Positions 58,801-64,000 of a DNA stretch of 64,000 bases are shown in pieces (position 1 is the stretch's first letter; every line of letters starts with the position of its first letter). A program made the translations under genes and the position numbers. The DNA comes from Thermoplasmata archaeon (lineage in GTDB: Archaea; Thermoplasmatota; Thermoplasmata; GCA-020350865). The notes under the pieces were generated by a model that did not search any database, was not told the origin of the DNA, and was given only the letters and a program-made list of their open reading frames with translations. The stretch is taken from positions 2,021,930-2,085,929 of the forward strand of contig CP070751.1 of assembly GCA_020348445.1 (NCBI GenBank), in the 5' to 3' direction.

Positions 58801-61800
58801 ACGTGATTGTTACACCAATGCCTGAAGGCAATGCCCTGAACATTTCTTGGGATCAAAACACGGAATTGGATTTGGATCATTATAATTTATTCAGGAGCAC
58901 GAACAACGTTTCATTCCAATTAAGAGCCATGATACCAGCAGGAAAAGATTACTTCCTCGACACAGAACTTGCAGATGGTGTTACCTATTACTATGCTCTT
59001 TCTGCCTTTGACGAAGTACCAAATGAATCGCTATTATCGAAGATCGCAAATGGTACGCCAGCAGACATTATGGCACCAGCAGAGCCAACAGGGCTTGTCG
59101 TCACTTTGGGACCAACACAAGATTCATTGAACTTGACCTGGGATCTGAACAGCGAGTCCGATATGGCGGGTTACTTTATTTATCGAAGTGAGATGCCAGG
59201 TGGACCATACTCATATATAGATTCCGTAGGATTGATTACACACTATCAAGATACTGGGTTGAGTAGTGAGACTACATTTTACTATGTTATTCAAGCGTTC
59301 GATGAGGTGCCGAACTTCTCCTCTTTTAGCCCAGAGGCCTTTAGAACCACGGCAGATTATACGGCGCCTTCAACCCCAGCGAACTTAACAGTTACTCCTG
59401 TTCTCGCAGGCAATGCTTTGAATATATCATGGGATGCGAGTCCAGAGCCTGACGTGATGAACTACGTTCTTTACTCTAGCACTGACAATTTGACGTTCTT
59501 CGTGGAATCCACGGTCCTTGCGGGAACAGAATATTACATTGATTCCAACCTCATAGATGGAAAAACCTATTACTACATGATATATGCGAAAGACGAGGTA
59601 CCCAATTACTCTAATTTATCTGATGTGGCAAGCGGTATACCACAAGACACTTTGTCACCTGCAACGCCAACGGGTTTGAAGGTTGTTGATATTCAAAATG
59701 CCGAGGGGGCATTGAACATAAGCTGGGATCCTGTGACAACAAACCTTGACGGCTCTGCATGCAGCGATCTTGTGAGTTATTCGCTTTATAGAAATGAGAC
59801 AGGTACCTGGGTGTTCCTTTATAGTATCCCAGCAGGAAATGAATATTTCATAGACACCAACCTTGTTGATGGTATGCTTTATAACTATTCTATAAAGGCA
59901 CTGGACGAGATGCCAAACGAATCTCCTTTGTCTTCAGCTGGCAGTAACTTCTCTATAGATGACCTTTCTCCGGCCACACCAACGAAATTGGATGCCAGGG
60001 CCACATCAAATTCGGGAGAGTTGAATATCACATGGAACCCCGTTACAACAAATTTAGATGGTTCGTCATGCATCGATTTGGTCAATTATACTCTTTATAG
60101 GAACGGCACCACACCTGGGATTTGGATTTTCGTTGCCAACATCTCTGCGGGAACAGAATTTTATGTGGATACTGGGCTTATTGATTATGTCCAATACAAC
60201 TACACGATTTGGGCTTCTGATGAAATACCAAATTATTCTCCGCTGTCTCTTTCCGATTCGGGTATACCATTTGATAATGTATCACCTGCACAACCAAAAA
60301 ATCTAACTGCAAAGGATGAGATCAATTCCGAGGGGGCATTGAACCTTTCATGGGATGAAAACAGCGATATGGACCTGAGCCATTATTTAATCTATAGTAA
60401 CAGGTCCGGTAATTGGGAGATTTTGGCATTGGTACCAAAGGGTACACAATATTACATTGATCGTGGTCTTATTGATGGTGTCATCTATTACTATAATATC
60501 TCAGCTGTGGATTACTCAGGAAATGAGGGGAATCAATCTTTTTCCGCAAGCAACTATTCTGTAGATGATTTATCACCATCTACGCCTGCTGGCTTGGTTG
60601 TGGAAGATTTTATCAATTCAGAACGTATGTTGAATATATCATGGAACGCTGTTAATACAAATGCCGATGGCTCGCCTTGTATTGATCTTGTAAATTACAC
60701 TTTGTATACAAACAAATCGGGTGTTTGGCAACTTTTGGCTATAATTCCTGTCGGCAAAGAATATTATATAGACAGTTTAGGCCTGTTCGATGGCCCTACC
60801 TACTATTATAGAATCTCAGCATCCGACGAAGTGCCCAATACATCCCCAAATTCCACAGATGCATACGGCCAATCCATTGATGACTTACCTCCCTCAGCGC
60901 CCACAGGTTTGACGGTCATTACATCTCCACAAGGCAATACGTTGAATATAAACTGGACTCCGAATCCAGAGTTTGACGTCATATCTTATACCCTATTGGT
61001 CAGCACAAATAACGTAACCTTCGATGTCGAGGCTGTAATTCCTGCGGGGGCAAATAACTACACAGATACCTCCCTTATCGACGGTAAAGTTTACTATTAT
61101 ATGATCAAGGCGACAGACGAGGTCCCTAATTATTCGTTGCCCTCAGGTGTAGTAAGTGGTGTACCATCAGATTCCACAGCACCATCGGCACCCACAGGGT
61201 TGACAGCAACTTACGGACCGACGTCTGATTCATTGAGTTTAATGTGGAATCAAAACAGTGAAACTGATCTGGCAGGTTATATCATTTATCGTTCTGCAAC
61301 AGAAGGTGGACCATACACTTTGTTGTATATCCTTGGCCAGGTTATGGAATATGTGGATATGGGGTTGGACAGCGGAGTTACTTATTACTACGTGATAACC
61401 GCTTTTGATGAAGTGCCTAACAATTCCCCATACTCAAGTGAGGCAAATTTCACAACTAAATACACCATCCCACCCTCCGCTCCAACTGGATTGACAGTAT
61501 CAGTTATTCAATCTGGGAACGCCCTTAATATCTCATGGCAGGCCAATTTAGAACCTAATCTAGCCTTCTACTCTATCTATCACAGTCTTGACAATTTGAG
61601 CTTCACTTGGCTCGCTGATATTGCCGCTGGAACTGAATATTTTGTCGACACTGGTTTAAAAAACAATGTGACCTACTTTTATTTGCTAACCGCGACAGAT
61701 GCGGTGCCCAACGAATCGCCTGTATCAATTGTTGTGAACGGTACACCCGCCGACCTTGAAGTTCCATTTCCACCGACATATCTTATTGTTAGTCCTGGTT

Positions 61801-63602
61801 CTACTCCTTATGAATTGGTACTATACTGGAACGCCTCTATGAGTTTGGATGTTAGGGGATATAATGTTTACAGATCCACGACAGAAGGAGGGCCATATGA
61901 ATTTATCAACAGTACATTTTTGGTAACCTATTATGTTGATAGGGGCTTGCTAGATAAAACAACCTACTATTATGTTATCACGGCCTTTGACGAGACCCCC
62001 AATGAATCATCATTTTCAATCGAGGCAAGTGGCTTTACACCAGATACAACTGCCCCATCCATACCCATGGGATTGAATGTCTTTATCGTGCCCAAGGGTA
62101 ATGCACTGAACATCTCCTGGGATGCGGTCTCAGATGATGATGTTTTATCTTACAACGTGTACAGAAGTGTGGATAACATCACGTTTGTTTTTTTCGCATC
62201 CACCCCAGAAGGCATTGAATATTATTTGGATACGAATTTAAGCGATGGCAAGACGTATTACTACATAGTGAAGGCTATAGATGAAGTACCCAATGAATCA
62301 GGAGTATCAGAAGTGGTCTTGGGTACACCCAAGGATACAGTTCCTCCATCGGCACCCTTAAATTTAACAGCCACAACAGGCCTAGTTTATGACTCAGTGA
62401 AACTGAGTTGGGATGCGAACATAGAGAATGATCTGATGGGTTACACAGTGTACCATTCAACTGCACCCCAAGGTCCATACTTTTGGTTTGCCACACTCGG
62501 TCTTGAGACCGTATATTATATTCATGACTTAGAAGATGTCATTACCTATTATTATGTGATCGATGCCTTTGATGAAGTGCCTAACAATTCCACAAAGTCG
62601 AATGAATGCTACTGGATAGCCCCTGATAGAACCCCACCCCTTGCTCCCACGGGGTTAACAGCTTTTGCGCAAGATGTTGGAAGTAACGTGTTACTTTCGT
62701 GGAATCCAAATACCGAGGATGATTTGGATCACTACTCGGTATATAGGGGCCTGGACAACTTGACTTTTGTTTGGATAGCAAACGTGCCGGCTGGCAATAT
62801 GACTTATACAGATGAGCAACTTGTCAATGGCATAAAATATTTTTATACAATTGCCGCAGTTGATGAGGTTCCCAACCGATCGCCACTATCCAACATCGTG
62901 AGCGTTATCCCAAAAGAGACCCTACCACCCTCGATACCTATGGGCCTAAAGGTGACTGCATTGGAGAGTAAAAACGCTCTGCTCATCAGTTGGAACCCAA
63001 ATATCGAGCCTGATTTACTCTATTATGTCCTTTACAGAAGCGAAGACAATGTGACATTCATATGGATAGCGAACATATCTGCGGGCACGATTAATTATAC
63101 TGATACTGATATACAACCAGGGAAAATATATTACTATAAAATCAAAGCCGTGGATACGAGCTTTCAGGAATCAGGACTATCAGAGGCTGTGGAGGGAATA
63201 GTGAGCAAAGACGTGGTAGAAGATAAGGGCGAGAAGGATAAGACCTTATTACTGACTTTACTGGCTTTGATTGTAATCATTATAGTATTGATTCTTTTGT
63301 TACTTCTTTGGCTAAAAAGGAGTTGGGAAAAGGAATTTGGTGAAGATATGGAAGAAGAAAAGGAGCAAGAAGAACCAGAAAAGGGAGAAGAAAAGGCTGA
63401 AGAAGAACACAGAAAGGAAGATGAAGTGGACAAAGAGTCTAAAATGGAAGAACCCGTAGAAGAGGGAAAACGACCCAAAGAAAAAGAGGAAATCTCGGGG
63501 GAAGAATCAACCAAGACATCAAATGATATAGAAAAAGAACCATCAGAGTTGGGTTTAGAAGAAACCGATGAGGATTTACTACCTCCACCTGAGGATTTGT
63601 AG
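55833..63602 (+). CDS. Giant membrane-anchored protein (2,589 aa): N-terminal beta-helix, 19 FN3 repeats, TM helix, acidic cytoplasmic tail
   Basis: RBS GGAGGA; NosD-like coils; 19 PxxPxGL...LNISW...YYY.I.A.DE.PN.S units counted; LLLTLLALIVIIIVLILLLLLWLKR followed by an E/K-rich tail. Confidence 0.92.
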   Translation: MTQEKYINRRRIYSTAISFTLFASVITTLFVGATIFLGKEATATPHSGSTTGDEEWLAVDNPHVVTANFTVEINHNLTLEPGVRVEFVENTHLRIKGRLIASGDQNIITFTSIYGAPKPEQYWEAILIDHTSRQNIIDHTEIEYANYGVYSSCTSLKVSNNTISSTWYAGIYTYNSNPVIYNNTVTLNDGWGIKIEESSMPVISYNEVTFNDYDGIYSGRNSRPTITNNAVNSNYNNGIKCMEGSTPIIKNNEISSNMHDGIYVYSASPQILYNIVTANNHTGIRVSSSSSAPLIENNTISSNLKNGIVCLYGANPNIKSNIISNNDQDTKDLYPAIYIDDSNPVISQNNISSNNAHGIYITNAASPNIEKNTIKNNYLGIYIEGSAPQIVGDTISLNTHDGIFMDSSSPTLTGVAISSNGDDGVQVVSSSPVIEDCLVSSNTDNNVQSSSSIFTIANSSISLSNGNDFDLSENSHMHVLNTTFDNTSVSFSDAASILEVQWYLSVFVLDSKGDKISGANVVVKDASRTEIYNGTCIGGKVKWIQTTQYTQDQVSKIIHTPHNISASRDASTAYSDQDPTMDANKEVTIFFPFDLGISVPTGLNVNSLAEGGGLNITWDPNPEEDLTGYILYISLDKVSYDVEAVLTAKNNYYIDFDLIDGQEYYYRISAANSTNESGLSEPVKGIPGDILPPMPPTNLTAVRGYSEDSLVLIWHAVGDEDVMGYNVYRAETPDGEFELIAKLGLQNEYTDYGLETYTTYYYKVTAFDEVPNESEYSKMASNTTWDTEPPITPEDLKIEVIPTGNTLNLSWISNAEDDFNHYTVYIGTNNLTFNVEATVPPSPHPYYLDTNLTNGKMYYYKLSASDYRPNESPLSESIAGMPMDTIIPSPPTGLIVSYNPNPDALNLSWNPNSEEDVVGYNIYRSESSGGPYTLVTTVGLVAKFQDIGLASDIVYYYVITAFDEVPNYSTFSNEANGTTTDTVPPAAPKNVIVTPMPEGNALNISWDQNTELDLDHYNLFRSTNNVSFQLRAMIPAGKDYFLDTELADGVTYYYALSAFDEVPNESLLSKIANGTPADIMAPAEPTGLVVTLGPTQDSLNLTWDLNSESDMAGYFIYRSEMPGGPYSYIDSVGLITHYQDTGLSSETTFYYVIQAFDEVPNFSSFSPEAFRTTADYTAPSTPANLTVTPVLAGNALNISWDASPEPDVMNYVLYSSTDNLTFFVESTVLAGTEYYIDSNLIDGKTYYYMIYAKDEVPNYSNLSDVASGIPQDTLSPATPTGLKVVDIQNAEGALNISWDPVTTNLDGSACSDLVSYSLYRNETGTWVFLYSIPAGNEYFIDTNLVDGMLYNYSIKALDEMPNESPLSSAGSNFSIDDLSPATPTKLDARATSNSGELNITWNPVTTNLDGSSCIDLVNYTLYRNGTTPGIWIFVANISAGTEFYVDTGLIDYVQYNYTIWASDEIPNYSPLSLSDSGIPFDNVSPAQPKNLTAKDEINSEGALNLSWDENSDMDLSHYLIYSNRSGNWEILALVPKGTQYYIDRGLIDGVIYYYNISAVDYSGNEGNQSFSASNYSVDDLSPSTPAGLVVEDFINSERMLNISWNAVNTNADGSPCIDLVNYTLYTNKSGVWQLLAIIPVGKEYYIDSLGLFDGPTYYYRISASDEVPNTSPNSTDAYGQSIDDLPPSAPTGLTVITSPQGNTLNINWTPNPEFDVISYTLLVSTNNVTFDVEAVIPAGANNYTDTSLIDGKVYYYMIKATDEVPNYSLPSGVVSGVPSDSTAPSAPTGLTATYGPTSDSLSLMWNQNSETDLAGYIIYRSATEGGPYTLLYILGQVMEYVDMGLDSGVTYYYVITAFDEVPNNSPYSSEANFTTKYTIPPSAPTGLTVSVIQSGNALNISWQANLEPNLAFYSIYHSLDNLSFTWLADIAAGTEYFVDTGLKNNVTYFYLLTATDAVPNESPVSIVVNGTPADLEVPFPPTYLIVSPGSTPYELVLYWNASMSLDVRGYNVYRSTTEGGPYEFINSTFLVTYYVDRGLLDKTTYYYVITAFDETPNESSFSIEASGFTPDTTAPSIPMGLNVFIVPKGNALNISWDAVSDDDVLSYNVYRSVDNITFVFFASTPEGIEYYLDTNLSDGKTYYYIVKAIDEVPNESGVSEVVLGTPKDTVPPSAPLNLTATTGLVYDSVKLSWDANIENDLMGYTVYHSTAPQGPYFWFATLGLETVYYIHDLEDVITYYYVIDAFDEVPNNSTKSNECYWIAPDRTPPLAPTGLTAFAQDVGSNVLLSWNPNTEDDLDHYSVYRGLDNLTFVWIANVPAGNMTYTDEQLVNGIKYFYTIAAVDEVPNRSPLSNIVSVIPKETLPPSIPMGLKVTALESKNALLISWNPNIEPDLLYYVLYRSEDNVTFIWIANISAGTINYTDTDIQPGKIYYYKIKAVDTSFQESGLSEAVEGIVSKDVVEDKGEKDKTLLLTLLALIVIIIVLILLLLLWLKRSWEKEFGEDMEEEKEQEEPEKGEEKAEEEHRKEDEVDKESKMEEPVEEGKRPKEKEEISGEESTKTSNDIEKEPSELGLEETDEDLLPPPEDL

Positions 63603-63636
63603 ACATAGATATTTAATAAAATAAATATCAACAATT

Positions 63637-64000
63637 CTAGTGCCCTATAAATGTATATCTGGTGAGGGCAGAAGTGGAGATCTGATACCCCTTGATCATT
63701 TCTATCAATGTATCATAGGCACCTGAGGGCATATCTGTTCTGTGCCAGTTCCATCTCTGTTCCGAGTAAATGAAGTAATTTATGCCAACTGTATCTGGGA
63801 TGCTGTCACAGAACCAGTCTGCGGTTTTATCTCCACCATACAGTTTCAATGGCAGACCTAAGGTATCGTAGCCTGCAAGAAAGTTCTCAGTCCACACCCC
63901 GATAGTATAGGAACTTCCTCCAAACTCAGTACCGTTGGAAGTGACAACCATATAATACAACATATCATAACCCAATAGGGCATTTGTATGAGTTAAGGTG
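63637..64000 (-). CDS. 3' end of a secreted protein truncated by the window edge; carries the same C-terminal module as 20739..23633 and 41717..47560
   Basis: The frame is open to the edge (TLTHTNALLGYDMLYYMVV...); SYTIGVWTENFLAGYDTLGLPL...TADWFCDSIP...GYQIST...YTFIGH. Confidence 0.88.
   Translation of the reverse strand, partial: TLTHTNALLGYDMLYYMVVTSNGTEFGGSSYTIGVWTENFLAGYDTLGLPLKLYGGDKTADWFCDSIPDTVGINYFIYSEQRWNWHRTDMPSGAYDTLIEMIKGYQISTSALTRYTFIGH

Noticed and set aside
63164-63634. 156-aa Ser/Phe-rich minus-strand ORF
   Set aside because: It mirrors the Glu/Lys-rich tail (GAA/AAA codons) of the 2,589-aa protein.
1-64000. tRNA, rRNA, IS elements, integrases and toxin/defence genes
   Set aside because: None was recognised in the intergenic gaps or ORFs by inspection. 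A tRNAscan-SE/Infernal run would be needed to exclude small RNAs formally.

Overview
An archaeal window, probably from a Thermoplasmatota-like organism. This is inferred from TATA/BRE promoters, GGAGG/GGTGA-type ribosome-binding sites, gene content and protein style, and is not confirmed. About 56 of the 64 kb encode 14 large secreted or membrane-anchored surface proteins built from Ig-like, right-handed beta-helix, FN3, PKD, CARDB-like and LTD-like repeats. They surround a small housekeeping island (larE, an AMMECR1/TIGR00296-type gene, pyrC) and a three-gene SPFH/zinc-ribbon operon. The main observation is a paralogous family of four complete genes plus one edge-truncated gene that is missing from the ORF track. 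The complete members are 1,278-2,434 aa proteins with a signal peptide, 4-18 sequon-rich Ig-like repeats, a membrane anchor and a C-terminal tandem winged-HTH DNA-binding module. Each gene has a conserved motif (TTTGG-N5-TTTTTTGC on the + strand; degenerate at one proximal promoter) just upstream of its TATA box, usually repeated at 32-33 bp spacing. This looks like an array of giant membrane-tethered one-component sensor/transcription factors that is being reshuffled by recombination. Other candidates are a switch-like structured RNA leader (51921-52098), two related C-terminal modules shared by six unanchored secreted proteins, probable ATA/ATT start codons, and a Gly-rich beta-helix. I recognised no rRNA, tRNA, CRISPR array or mobile element.
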